Of a stretch of DNA of 64,000 nt, positions 1 through 9,584 are shown one piece after another. The notes below the pieces were generated by a model that was not told the origin of the DNA, made no database searches, and saw only the letters and a list, made by a program, of their open reading frames with translations. Location of the stretch: contig CALXUN010000003.1 of NCBI GenBank assembly GCA_944391705.1, positions 26,208 through 90,207 of the forward strand. Reading direction: 5' to 3'. How positions within the stretch are numbered: the first letter of the stretch is position 1; the number at the start of each line of letters is the position of its first letter. The stretch is from an uncultured Alphaproteobacteria bacterium (lineage in GTDB: Bacteria; Pseudomonadota; Alphaproteobacteria; RF32; CAG-239). The translations under genes were made by a program, and so were the position numbers.

Positions 1-272
1 GCGGCTACCAAAATTTCAGCAGTTACCGCCATAAACCGGAAAACCGGTACAATTCAAAACCTGAAAGAAGATATACCTCTTCTGAGGAGCACGAATACAG
101 TTATGAACCGGCTGAAGAATATGCCGCACCGCAAAGCATAAAAGGCACCCGGGTTTATCATGAAGCTTTCGGTTATGGCTATTTGATGTCGGTTGACGGC
201 CAAAAATGTGAAGTATATTTCGATAAATACGGCCGCAAAAAAATCATGAGCAGCTTTTTAAGAAGAGCCTGA
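1..272 (+). CDS. 3' end of a UvrD/Rep/PcrA-family DNA helicase gene (partial, C-terminal Tudor-like tail)
   Basis: Frame 3 reads ...GTRVYHEAFGYGYLMSVDGQKCEVYFDKYGRKKIMSSFLRRA* with stop at 270-272. This resembles the conserved C-terminal 'HxKFGxGxVxxVEG...V.F...G.KKLL' tail of UvrD-family helicases. The 5' end lies outside the window. Confidence 0.5.
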   Translation, partial: GYQNFSSYRHKPENRYNSKPERRYTSSEEHEYSYEPAEEYAAPQSIKGTRVYHEAFGYGYLMSVDGQKCEVYFDKYGRKKIMSSFLRRA

Positions 273-290
273 AACAACAAGCCTGAACAA

Positions 291-2198
291 CTATTTTTCG
301 GAATAAGAAAAAGACTGGCGTGAAATTTTTCGTCCTTCTTTCCTGCCGTACTTTTCATAATGCAGCAACGGATTCATTCCTGCCCGTTTAACATCGGCAT
401 TAATTTCGAGATAAACATTAGTATTAAAATCCGCCCCAGGATTGCGTCCTTCTTTCCAACCATAACGCATATAATGCTCGACCGGATTTTGACCGGACTG
501 TTTCACATCCGGATAAGTTTGTAAATACCATTTTTCATCAAAATATTTTGATTTGGCAATCAAACGATATTCATCGGCAGAAAAACTGTCAGCAGTAGGC
601 TTTCTCCCTTCTTTAATGCCAAATTGGATATAATGCTGCAACGGATTAATCCCGGCTCTGGCAACGTCTTTATATTTTGTCAGATAAAAATTTGTATCAA
701 AATTTTGAGACGGATTATAACCTTTTTTCCATCCCTCATACATAAAATGTTCTACTGCCGACATTCCGGATGTTTTAACTTCAGGATAATGTTCCTGGTA
801 ATACTTTTCATCAAAATATTTCCGGATTTCAACAGAATTATCTGCCATTAAATTTAACTTATCGCCGTCAAAAATCCGTTGCTTAAATTGCAAAATAACT
901 TCTTCAATTTCTGCCTCAGTTAATTTTTTATTTTTCAGTTTTCCGAGTTTGGCATATTCCCGATATTTTGCAACATAACTTTCAATATCCTTTCGAACCT
1001 GTTTTTCATCATAATCTACCTGGAAGCCCCTATCTTGCCAAAACAAAACAAAATTATCATTCGGCACCAATAAAAATGGTCCGCACCCTAAAGCAATATA
1101 TGGCATATCCAGATAACAGTCGACATAAACAATTTGTAAATTTTTTAATTGATTTACCACTCGTTGTCCGCCATTTCTTAATCTTGTCTTTTCCAAAATA
1201 ATAACTTCGCTCCCCTCTTGAGCAAACAGCATATTATGACACAAAGTTCCGGAAACCATGGCAAAATGTCGGCAACCTTTAATTAGAGCCAACTGTTCTG
1301 ACACAGGCAACGTTTCCGGATAAATGATTGTATAACCATTTTGCGCAAAAATATGTTCCAATAAAGGTTCACCAAATTCAGAATCAATGGCTTTTTTTAA
1401 TCTCGTACGAGAAAAATAAATTTTGTCATGATAAACCGGTGTGATACTTTTCATCACCTTATCATATATATTCTTAAATTCTTGTGTATACCAGCCGGCC
1501 TGCACGGTGGAAATTTCCGGGACCACCACACTTTTAAAACACGTCGGTTCTTTAACCGGCATCAATTGCTCATCTTTAATCCCTAACAAGTGGAAAATTT
1601 CCAAATAAAATTGTGGCAATGGCTCATTATATATATAAGTATAGGCTAATTTCAAAGCATGTGTCTTATCATGTTCCAAAACGTACCATAGTCTGGAGGT
1701 TAATTCTATAATAAAATGTCCCCAATGCCGCCAGAACCCCCCGATATAGACCACATCGGCATCACAATTTTTAACCACATCATATTGATAATCAGCAAAA
1801 ATAACTTCATCTGGCGGCAAAGAAGATGCTTCAACATATTGTCCGTCGGCATCCACAACGCCGCCTTGAAACCATGAGCTTCCTTCTCTGAACTTAATCG
1901 GCAAAATAACTGCATTTTCATAAACTTGGCTCTTTGGTTTGTACGGATTCAGATATTTTTTTTGAGCAAAACAAGTAAATGGATTGTAGGTATAATCTAT
2001 ATTGATACGTGCCTGATTTATATTCTCATTTTTCACTGGCATTGCATCTTTTTGACCAGCCATAGAGTCTTGTTCTGAAAAAAGATATTTTTTAAATGAT
2101 TTAAAAATTTGTAAAACCATTCCACGCTGTTTCACTCTACTTTTCAAAGGTATTCTTAAACGACCGTTTAAAATAAACAGAAAACGACGCAAAAACAT
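291..2198 (-). CDS. DUF563/GT61-like glycosyltransferase with three C-terminal ~50-aa tandem repeats
   Basis: 635-aa ORF. The central region ...GYTIIYPETLPVSEQLALIKGCRHFAMVSGTLCHNMLFAQEGSEVIILE matches the DUF563 (capsular polysaccharide / EGF-domain GT-like) nucleotide-sugar binding segment. The C-terminus has three repeats of Y..YPDVK.SG.NP.EHYM.YGWKEGRNP, visible as ~150-bp DNA repeats at about 300-760. Confidence 0.7.
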   Translation of the reverse strand: MFLRRFLFILNGRLRIPLKSRVKQRGMVLQIFKSFKKYLFSEQDSMAGQKDAMPVKNENINQARINIDYTYNPFTCFAQKKYLNPYKPKSQVYENAVILPIKFREGSSWFQGGVVDADGQYVEASSLPPDEVIFADYQYDVVKNCDADVVYIGGFWRHWGHFIIELTSRLWYVLEHDKTHALKLAYTYIYNEPLPQFYLEIFHLLGIKDEQLMPVKEPTCFKSVVVPEISTVQAGWYTQEFKNIYDKVMKSITPVYHDKIYFSRTRLKKAIDSEFGEPLLEHIFAQNGYTIIYPETLPVSEQLALIKGCRHFAMVSGTLCHNMLFAQEGSEVIILEKTRLRNGGQRVVNQLKNLQIVYVDCYLDMPYIALGCGPFLLVPNDNFVLFWQDRGFQVDYDEKQVRKDIESYVAKYREYAKLGKLKNKKLTEAEIEEVILQFKQRIFDGDKLNLMADNSVEIRKYFDEKYYQEHYPEVKTSGMSAVEHFMYEGWKKGYNPSQNFDTNFYLTKYKDVARAGINPLQHYIQFGIKEGRKPTADSFSADEYRLIAKSKYFDEKWYLQTYPDVKQSGQNPVEHYMRYGWKEGRNPGADFNTNVYLEINADVKRAGMNPLLHYEKYGRKEGRKISRQSFSYSEK

Positions 2199-2349
2199 AT
2201 AGTTATAAACAGGGGAGGATATTAAATTTGCAATGAAATTTTTTTAGATTATGATATCGACAAACGTTTAAATTAAACGGTCGTTTATTGTATACAAAAA
2301 AGCACACAAAACATAAAATGTGTGCTCAAAATTTCAAAACATTTTATCG

Positions 2350-3432
2350 CTATTGATTTTTTAGATAAAACAACTGGGCTTCAATAAAATCCTGCAAAAT
2401 TTTGCTGCTTTTATACTCCGGACACCATTGCAGAATATTAAGCATCTGCCGGCGGTCGGGATATTGCCGGCTCAAGGCCTGTAAAAGCTTTCCTTCTTTT
2501 TGCCGGACATCCATAATGGCATGCGGCGTATAATCAATATTTTTTACTTCCGACAAAGTATAATCATATAATTTTTTCCAATCTACCCAGCCCTGCGGAT
2601 CCAAATAAGCTGCCGCACCGTGGTCTTTAATTTGAATTATCAGATTTTTTACAACCTGATAATGGCAATTTAAAATACAATTTTGGGTATCAAGCAAACT
2701 TTCAGACATCGCAGCCGAACGCCTCAAAACAAAGGCTTCCACACTGTCAACCAAATCCCGGTGGCCGGATTGGACGGCCTTAATCATCAAATAAGCCGCA
2801 GCACCGGCATATGCCTGAACATTACCATAAAATCCGGTAATTTTTCTGACTTTTTCATAATTAAAATTCGTCGCTTTCAGCATGGCCGAAATTTTTTCTT
2901 CCGGCAGCCCTTTTTCCCGCCATAACCAGGACTGACGCTCAATATTGTCAAAATACTCCGGATAAAGATATTTTTCCTGCATAACCCGAAACATTGTATG
3001 GACATTGTTATACAAGGCTTCCAAACGATTGTCATCGGAGTGTACTTTTTCAACCCCGCCTAAAACCGCAATAATGTGTTTTTTACCGTCTTCCGATAAA
3101 ACCGAAAAAACATGACCGGAAACTTTCCCCTTGATTAAAGCCGCTGTCAAATCCGCACTTGTTTTTTCATACCGCGCCGGATGACGGACTTTTAAAACTT
3201 TAGCGGTAAAATCGCCGCACTTTTCGGCTTTAAACTTTTCCGGCAGCAAAAAATGCACCTGATATTTTGAATCATTAATATACGGAAAAAAATGACTGAT
3301 ACGTTCGGTTATATACCGGCGAAGCCTTTGCAGGAAAAACTCTTGACACACACCGTCGCCCGAAACGGATTTGACATCCTCCGGTTCCTGCTGCTCCGAA
3401 TGACCATACCCGGCAATTTCGGCAAATTCCAT
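2350..3432 (-). CDS. hypothetical protein (361 aa), no recognisable motif
   Basis: Long ORF. Start chosen at MEFAEIAGYG (ATG at 3432); the 18 codons upstream have no RBS. Co-directional and tightly spaced with the flanking genes. Confidence 0.55.
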   Translation of the reverse strand: MEFAEIAGYGHSEQQEPEDVKSVSGDGVCQEFFLQRLRRYITERISHFFPYINDSKYQVHFLLPEKFKAEKCGDFTAKVLKVRHPARYEKTSADLTAALIKGKVSGHVFSVLSEDGKKHIIAVLGGVEKVHSDDNRLEALYNNVHTMFRVMQEKYLYPEYFDNIERQSWLWREKGLPEEKISAMLKATNFNYEKVRKITGFYGNVQAYAGAAAYLMIKAVQSGHRDLVDSVEAFVLRRSAAMSESLLDTQNCILNCHYQVVKNLIIQIKDHGAAAYLDPQGWVDWKKLYDYTLSEVKNIDYTPHAIMDVRQKEGKLLQALSRQYPDRRQMLNILQWCPEYKSSKILQDFIEAQLFYLKNQ

Positions 3433-3520
3433 ACAGCCTCCTTTGACGAACATACATATTATACCATAAATATATGTTACTTTCAAATGGATTCTAATGA
3501 TATCTGCAATTTACAAAAAA

Positions 3521-4942
3521 TCATACAAATTGTTGCTTTTGACCCAGTAGCGAAGACATAATCAGGCCGGTATGAACAGCCGCATCATCATATTGCTGGC
3601 GATAAAACACTTCTGTCCCTCTCTTGCCGCCTGCAGCATTTTCCAAAACAGTTTTAAATTGCTGCGAACCAAAATCATAACCCAGCCGGCTGCCGGTAAC
3701 ATGGACAATGCTGTGCCCGTATTCGCCGTCTGTAATTTGAACAAGCCTTTCCTTATGGTCAACAACCGTAAATGATATATCATTTTTAAGCGCCACCACA
3801 AAATTGCGCTTATCCGGCATAAGTGAAACTTTTGCTGGCAAAACACCTGTTTTTTGAAACTTACAGGCTTCATACATTTCGGGATTGTTCATTTTGGTAA
3901 AAGGTTCTTTTTTATAATTGTCATCAGCTTCATTAGAGAAAAAATGCACACCCGAATAGTCCGAATATTTTTGTATCGGTAAAAAGCCGTAACTGACCAC
4001 GAACAAATTCTGCAAAGCTTCTCTGGTATCTGCTTTAGAATAAAGCTGTTCCGAAATTTTCCGCATAACCGTTACAATACGATGTGCATCAGCCGTACCG
4101 GCGCAATAACTCATAAAAGTCAGATTAGAAAAATTTTCTTTCAACTGTTTTGTATCATATTTTTCTGCCGAAACAACTTTATTATTATCATCAATCTGCA
4201 TTCTTGGTGCAACAAACGACAAAAATGCACGCTTAACCAAGTCAAAATCCTGAGCTTCTACATAATTTTGCGGATTTTGAATTGTCTTTATCGTAGAACA
4301 AATTTTGGAACATCTGGATTTTTCAATCGGGAAATAAGCAACATAAACATCTGTATTTTGGCCGAAAACCTGTGTATTATCCAAGCTGTTGCGCATATTT
4401 TTGTACAACCATTTTTTCAATTCAAGTTCATCATGCTTGATACGAAAAGGCATAAACAAAATCAGATTTTTCCGGTCAGGGTTAATCGGGGTGCTTTGTT
4501 TTTTAAGAACGGCATTTTCAATTCCGCCCGATAAATCCGCTTTGCAGAAGAGATACCCTGTCTGATCGTCATAAACACGTTTTTCGCCTTTGATTTTTCC
4601 GTTACATGCCACGACATAACGGCTGGAAGCTTCAAATAAACGTACCATATCTTCATCACAGGTATATTTAGCTTCTACATTTTGCAAAACCTTTTGCGCA
4701 TCACGCATATAACCACGCAAAAATAAAGCATAATGAAGAAGGGCTTTTTCATTTATCGCATACCGACCAACATCAAGCGGAGCAACATCGGCACTTACAA
4801 AAAAGCGATTAAGTACCGACAAAAATTCTCTAACGCGGGCAGGTTCTGATGACAATTCCCGCCGCCCGAGAAAAAGGCTCTTGCCCAGCACATCATCATT
4901 AAAAGCTTCTTTAAATATTTTCGCAAAAGGATTGTTCTTCAT
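3521..4942 (-). CDS. hypothetical protein (473 aa)
   Basis: Long uninterrupted ORF with coding-like composition. No motif that I can assign. Confidence 0.55.
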   Translation of the reverse strand: MKNNPFAKIFKEAFNDDVLGKSLFLGRRELSSEPARVREFLSVLNRFFVSADVAPLDVGRYAINEKALLHYALFLRGYMRDAQKVLQNVEAKYTCDEDMVRLFEASSRYVVACNGKIKGEKRVYDDQTGYLFCKADLSGGIENAVLKKQSTPINPDRKNLILFMPFRIKHDELELKKWLYKNMRNSLDNTQVFGQNTDVYVAYFPIEKSRCSKICSTIKTIQNPQNYVEAQDFDLVKRAFLSFVAPRMQIDDNNKVVSAEKYDTKQLKENFSNLTFMSYCAGTADAHRIVTVMRKISEQLYSKADTREALQNLFVVSYGFLPIQKYSDYSGVHFFSNEADDNYKKEPFTKMNNPEMYEACKFQKTGVLPAKVSLMPDKRNFVVALKNDISFTVVDHKERLVQITDGEYGHSIVHVTGSRLGYDFGSQQFKTVLENAAGGKRGTEVFYRQQYDDAAVHTGLIMSSLLGQKQQFV

Positions 4943-4970
4943 TATCTTGCATATTCATGACATTTATTAT

Positions 4971-5702
4971 ATGATGCTTAAAACATTATACCAGTTTGGA
5001 GAATTTGTCTTGTCACATTATGTTCATAAGTGTTACAAAACCGGCAACACCCCGGATAAGCTGATTTTTTTTCTGCACGGCTATAACGGCTGCATTGATG
5101 ATATTGATTATGCCGCCTGCATGCTTAAAGCCAAACTTAATAATGCCTGGCTGATTTTGCCGCAATCAGACCAAACTTGTGAAAAAAATCCGCAAAAAAA
5201 ACAATGGTACAGCCTGTTGGAAGCAGACCCCGAAAATTTGCGCCGCAATCCGCAGACTTCTGTTTCCCGGATTATGGATATTTATGACAAAACCGGAGAA
5301 AGCTTGTTAAAGGTTAGTCAAACCCTTAACCGGGAACTTGATGAATTGCAAAAAAAATATGGTATTGATGACAATAAAACATATATCATGGGGTTTTCAC
5401 AAGGCGCCATGCTGGCAATTTTTATGTCCCTGACACGCCAAAATCCGGTCAAAACCTGTTTTGCTTTATCCGGAGTTGTTGCCGGCAAAAATATACTGGA
5501 GCAAAATTTAAAAGCCAGGCCAAAAGTGTGGATGTTTCACGGCAAAGATGACTTATCCGTACAATATAAAACTCTGGAATACTCTCTTTCCTGGCTTAAA
5601 CAACATGGAATTGAAACCAAAGCTTTTGAATTTGACGGACTGGCTCACCGCATGACCGAAGAAGAAATGGACATTATCTCCCAAGAAATTTTACAAAACT
5701 GA
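4971..5702 (+). CDS. phospholipase/carboxylesterase-family alpha/beta hydrolase
   Basis: FLHGYNG..., the GFSQGAM nucleophile elbow (GxSxG), and a downstream D...H region fit the esterase/phospholipase family. Start moved to the internal MMLKTLYQ at 4971. Confidence 0.7.
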   Translation: MMLKTLYQFGEFVLSHYVHKCYKTGNTPDKLIFFLHGYNGCIDDIDYAACMLKAKLNNAWLILPQSDQTCEKNPQKKQWYSLLEADPENLRRNPQTSVSRIMDIYDKTGESLLKVSQTLNRELDELQKKYGIDDNKTYIMGFSQGAMLAIFMSLTRQNPVKTCFALSGVVAGKNILEQNLKARPKVWMFHGKDDLSVQYKTLEYSLSWLKQHGIETKAFEFDGLAHRMTEEEMDIISQEILQN

Positions 5703-5791
5703 CAGCCCTGCCCGTATTTGTTTTTCTCAACAGTCAAGACTTGTTTTAGCAGCTAAAGCATCTATATCAAAAATCATGAAGGAGAAAAATC

Positions 5792-5857
5792 ATGAAAATT
5801 TGGCATTGGATTATCATTATTGTTTTCATTTTCGCCATAGCAATCACTTTTTTTTAA
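5792..5857 (+). CDS. mini-ORF encoding a 21-aa hydrophobic peptide (MKIWHWIIIIVFIFAIAITFF)
   Basis: AAGGAG lies 8 nt upstream of the ATG. Single predicted TM helix. Not in the ORF track because it is under 60 aa. Confidence 0.35.
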   Translation: MKIWHWIIIIVFIFAIAITFF

Positions 5858-5876
5858 TTAAAAAACGGCACAAAAT

Positions 5877-5957
5877 ATGTTTTGGAAACAAAAACACATA
5901 ATATTTGTTTTATTAATTGCCGCCGTTACCGCCGCGGCAATGGCCTTTTTTAATTAA
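5877..5957 (+). CDS. mini-ORF encoding a 26-aa hydrophobic peptide (MFWKQKHIIFVLLIAAVTAAAMAFFN)
   Basis: Sits immediately downstream of the first mini-ORF. Same architecture (basic/aromatic N-terminus, one TM helix, FF/FFN end). Weak RBS. Confidence 0.3.
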   Translation: MFWKQKHIIFVLLIAAVTAAAMAFFN

Positions 5958-6050
5958 ACCGTCTGTCGGGAAAATCTTTAAAAACTGCATTATATTAACT
6001 CCGTTGTTTTATAAAAAGTCATCATAATTTTTAAAAAATAAAATTTGGGC

Positions 6051-6079
6051 TTGACACATCGGTTAAAAAAGCGTATACA
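6051..6079 (+). promoter_or_regulatory. sigma70-like promoter for the tRNA (TTGACA-17 bp-TATACA)
   Basis: TTGACA at 6051-6056, a 17-nt spacer, then TATACA at 6074-6079. This is ~30 nt upstream of the mature tRNA 5' end. Confidence 0.5.
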
Positions 6080-6110
6080 CAAGCCAACTTAACAAGATAA
6101 CTATACTTAT

Positions 6111-6187
<77 letters not shown>

Positions 6188-6273
6188 GTTGTGAAAGAGG
6201 AAGTTTATACTTCCTCTTTTTTCATATCCAGAATACATTGAAAAGTTAAAGGAACCGCGGACTTCATCTTTTA

Positions 6274-6372
6274 TTTTGATGGTCGCGCCCTATTCTCCAG
6301 TATCTTTGTTTTTTTTGCCAAAATCGGTTCAAAACACCCCAAATATATACTTTTTTGAAGGTCTGAACAGCC
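6274..6372. repeat. left copy of the 99-bp direct repeat
   Basis: Matches 14544-14642 with one extra T in a T-run and one C/T difference. The flanks diverge immediately beyond ...gaacagcc. Confidence 0.9.
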
Positions 6373-6577
6373 CAAACAACGCCCTTCAAGAGATTACCAT
6401 GTTTTTATTGTTTCCACAGGCGCTTTTTGACCAAACTTCCTCTTTTGGTTCTTTTTGTATAAGAGGCAATTATATTGATACAAATATTTTTCTTTTAATT
6501 TCAATCTGATGCGTTTTTTTGAAAATTTTTGGAAACGGTTTTTGATTTTATACGGGTGATCCTGTCGGAGGTTCAAA

Positions 6578-6730
6578 ATGACAGACATTCAAAAAATCAT
6601 ACAACTTTTACTGCCGGAACTTTTGGCTTTGATTGATGGAAAAAATAGTCCGGATTTGTTGCAGAAAGGACTGGATAACAAGAGAATAAAGAGCATTCAT
6701 GTTGTTGAGAAAGGAGTTGAAAATGGTGGA
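6578..6730 (+). CDS. small ORF (50 aa) upstream of and overlapping the DUF2924 gene
   Basis: GGAGG lies 7 nt upstream of the ATG. Encodes MTDIQKIIQLLLPELLALIDGKNSPDLLQKGLDNKRIKSIHVVEKGVENGGN. Not in the ORF track. Confidence 0.3.
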
Positions 6731-7136
6731 AACTGATGTTTTACGGCTCAACGATATGAGTGTTGGCGAGTTAAAAGAAATGTGGCGGCAATATTTTGAC
6801 AGCGAGCCGATTTGGAAAACCAAGCGTTTTTATATTCCCAGACTTGCCTATCGAATGCAGGAACTTGCCTATGGCGGCGTTCCGGAACATATTAAAAGCC
6901 TATTGCTTGGCAAAACAGTTTTGAAACACGCCGAGGACAACGATGGCACGTGCCTTCCTCCGGTTGGAACCCGTCTGGTTAAGACCTACCGCGGAAAAGA
7001 ATATAATGTTATTGTTTCTACCGCCGGCTTTCAATTTGAGGGGATTTATTACAAAAGTCTGTCCGCGGTTGCTTTAAAAATCACGGGCAAACGAATTTCC
7101 GGACGCTTTTTCTTTGGATTGGGAGAGAATAAATGA
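6723..7136 (+). CDS. DUF2924-family protein (typical partner of large serine recombinases)
   Basis: Start MVETDVLRLNDMSVGELKEMWRQYFD... with an AAGGAG RBS. The 3' end overlaps the recombinase start (ATGA). Confidence 0.7.
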   Translation: MVETDVLRLNDMSVGELKEMWRQYFDSEPIWKTKRFYIPRLAYRMQELAYGGVPEHIKSLLLGKTVLKHAEDNDGTCLPPVGTRLVKTYRGKEYNVIVSTAGFQFEGIYYKSLSAVALKITGKRISGRFFFGLGENK

Positions 7137-7938
7137 AAACCATACGATGTGCCGTTTATACCCGAAAATCAACTGAAGATGGTCTGGAAAAAGAATTTAA
7201 CACGCTGGAAGCGCAACGGGAATCCGGCGAAAACTACATTAAAAGCCAGGCTTATCAAGGCTGGGAAATCATCCCCACCCATTATGACGATGGCGGTTAT
7301 TCCGGTGGCACATTGAAACGTCCGGCTTTGCAACAGCTTTTAAAGGATGTTGAGGCTGGAATGGTTGATATGATTGTTGTTTATAAAATCGACAGGCTGA
7401 CACGTTCGCTGATTGATTTTTCAAAACTTGTTGAAATTTTTGACCGTAATCAATGTTCTTTTGTGTCAGTGACGCAGAATTTTAACACTTATGATTCCAT
7501 GGGGCGCCTGACGCTGAATGTTTTACTTTCTTTTGCTCAATTTGAGCGGGAGGTTATTACCGAACGTATCCGGGATAAAGTGGACGCTTCCAAAAAGAAG
7601 GGCATGTGGATAGGCTTTTGCCGGCTGTCCGCGCTCCCAAATACCGGTGTTGTCTGCCGGATATTATCTACACGCCGCAGGAAATTGTTTTTATGGATAA
7701 GCGTCCGCTTAAAGTCCGTCCGAATCAGGAGCAGATATCTTTATGGAAACAGGTGATGCTGGAGTGGCTGCCCATATTATCGGTTGATGAACGCCGGCTG
7801 GTTTGGAAAAGAGCCAACCGTATTCCGTGGAAACTTCTTTGCCGGGAGTTTGGATTATGCAAAAGTAATTTATGTGCCAGGCATTCCAAGGCCTTGATGA
7901 AAATTGAGTTCTTTCTCAAAGGATGTAAAAATGTCTAG
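7133..7938 (+). pseudogene. large serine recombinase, frameshifted and 3'-truncated
   Basis: The N-terminal catalytic domain is intact (YTRKST..., the S nucleophile region, VYKIDRLTRS, ...KKKGMWIG). The reading then moves across two other frames (the frame at 7660-7938 encodes ...RPLKVRPNQEQISLWKQVMLEWL, the recombinase-domain helix). It stops after about 270 codons in total, whereas large serine recombinases run to about 500. Confidence 0.7.
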
Positions 7939-8103
7939 GACATCTTAGCTATAGACACTTTTGTGAAAAAGCCTTATTAATGAGGATATAATCAGGGACG
8001 AAGTATGAAAGCGTCCCTTTTTATGTTTTTTATTGACTTTTTGAAATTTAAGTTCTAAGGGAGATATAAATAAAAATTTTTATGTTTCACCATTAAAATT
8101 ATT

Positions 8104-8646
8104 TTGCGTATGAAAGATGTAAGACCAAAAATCAAACAGCTGATTAGGAATTTTCCAGTTCCGGCATGGGATCCAAATCGACACTGTATCGATTTGCCGC
8201 GAGGTGATGCACCCGATATTCCATTCTGTCATTATACCCCTTTAAAAACGTTTTTCCATCGAGGAAATAAATTTGAAGTCTTGGATTTCAAGTATGACTA
8301 CAGTGGAACACATCTGGAGCCAATATTGCGGATTACAATTGACGGCGTCATGTACCATGTTGCAACGTGTTCCCAATGGGGTGAAGAACTCCTGTATGAA
8401 ATTTTCTTCTGCAAATGTAGCGATCTTCCTAATGAAATGGAACTTCAATACACGGTAAAAGAGCCTCACGAAATATTTGATATTTCGGTTACGGGAACGG
8501 TAGAAATTCATCACGAGTACAGAAGTGATCACCAAAAACACTTGGATACAAAAGATTCTGATGTTATTGAGTTCTTTCAGAACTTGATAAATCTATGCCG
8601 TGATTTTTATCTTGCCAACAAGGCGGAACTGGATTCGATGCTTTAA
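8104..8646 (+). CDS. hypothetical protein (180 aa)
   Basis: ORF with no recognisable motif. Sits immediately upstream of the MetK-like gene. Confidence 0.5.
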   Translation: MRMKDVRPKIKQLIRNFPVPAWDPNRHCIDLPRGDAPDIPFCHYTPLKTFFHRGNKFEVLDFKYDYSGTHLEPILRITIDGVMYHVATCSQWGEELLYEIFFCKCSDLPNEMELQYTVKEPHEIFDISVTGTVEIHHEYRSDHQKHLDTKDSDVIEFFQNLINLCRDFYLANKAELDSML

Positions 8647-8717
8647 TGCTTAATCTGCTCTTTTCCTCTGCATTCAAGATGCAGGGGATTTTTTTTATGC
8701 AAGAAAGGAAATATGCA

Positions 8718-9584
8718 ATGATTAAAACAGCGGAAGCGGTGTCGCTTGGACACCCTGACAAAATGGCGGATTATATTTCGTCTTATATTTTAGACAGGAT
8801 GATTGAACAAGACGCGGCGGTCAAATATGCCGTTGAAGTAATGGTAAAAGATAATACGGTTGTGTTGGGCGGTGAAATCACGGGTGATGTAAACCTGGCA
8901 AGAATTAATTTTTATGTTACCGAAGCGCTGGCGGAAATCGGGTACGATAAGTTTTACAGCCATCGTTGGGGAAATTACGCCATTAATCCCGAGAAACTGC
9001 AAATTATCAATCTTATCGGCAAGCAGTCGGCAGATATTTCACAAGGAGTTGAACAAGACGGCTGGGGTGATCAGGGGGTATTTGTCGGTTACGCTTGTCA
9101 AGGTACGGGCAACATCAGCCGCGAACAATATCTGGCCAAAAAATTATGCAACGCTTTATATGAGTATGCTTTGCAAAACATCCACCTGGGCATTGACATC
9201 AAAACGCAGATTACACTTAATGAGCTTGGCGGTGTGGAAACGGCGGTTGTGGCTGTTCCGATGCTTAAAGATGTTGACCTGACGACTTTTATTGTTTTGA
9301 CGCTGGGAGAGGAGCCGGAAAATATTATTGTCAATGGCACGGGAACATATAAATATCATTCATCCGTGGCCGATTGCGGCGTGGCCGGTCGAAAGCTTGC
9401 GTGCGATTTTTATGGAACGGCTTGCCCGATCGGCGGCGGAAGTCCATGGACAAAGGATGCCAGCAAAGCTGACGTAACACTTAATTTTTATGCCCGTAAA
9501 CTGGCCTTGGAATATCTGCAAGACAATGACGAGTGTTTTGTTTACCTTTCATCTTGTATCGGCCGGGATTTCAACATTGCTTAA
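8718..9584 (+). CDS. divergent, C-terminally shortened S-adenosylmethionine synthetase (MetK)-like protein
   Basis: GHPDKMADYISSYILD aligns with the MetK GHPDKIADQISDAVLD. GGEITG, IGKQSADISQGV, GWGDQGVFVGYA and ...DCGVAGRKLACDFYG..GGGSPWTKDASKADVTLNFYARKLA align with the MetK GAGDQGLMFGYA and [37 protein letters not shown] blocks. It is about 290 aa against about 385 and lacks the C-terminal ~80 residues. AAGGAA RBS. Confidence 0.75.
   Translation: MIKTAEAVSLGHPDKMADYISSYILDRMIEQDAAVKYAVEVMVKDNTVVLGGEITGDVNLARINFYVTEALAEIGYDKFYSHRWGNYAINPEKLQIINLIGKQSADISQGVEQDGWGDQGVFVGYACQGTGNISREQYLAKKLCNALYEYALQNIHLGIDIKTQITLNELGGVETAVVAVPMLKDVDLTTFIVLTLGEEPENIIVNGTGTYKYHSSVADCGVAGRKLACDFYGTACPIGGGSPWTKDASKADVTLNFYARKLALEYLQDNDECFVYLSSCIGRDFNIA

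Noticed and set aside
6276-6509. 77-aa ORF beginning MMVAPYSPVSLFF…
   Set aside because: It is simply the 99-bp direct repeat read in frame. The same peptide start appears where the repeat abuts hlyB fragment 2, so this is a non-coding repeat rather than a gene.
6394-6823. Minus-strand ORFs 6394-6588 and 6608-6823
   Set aside because: Lys/Arg-rich and low-complexity, with no RBS. They overlap the better-supported plus-strand small ORF and the DUF2924 start, and are likely spurious.
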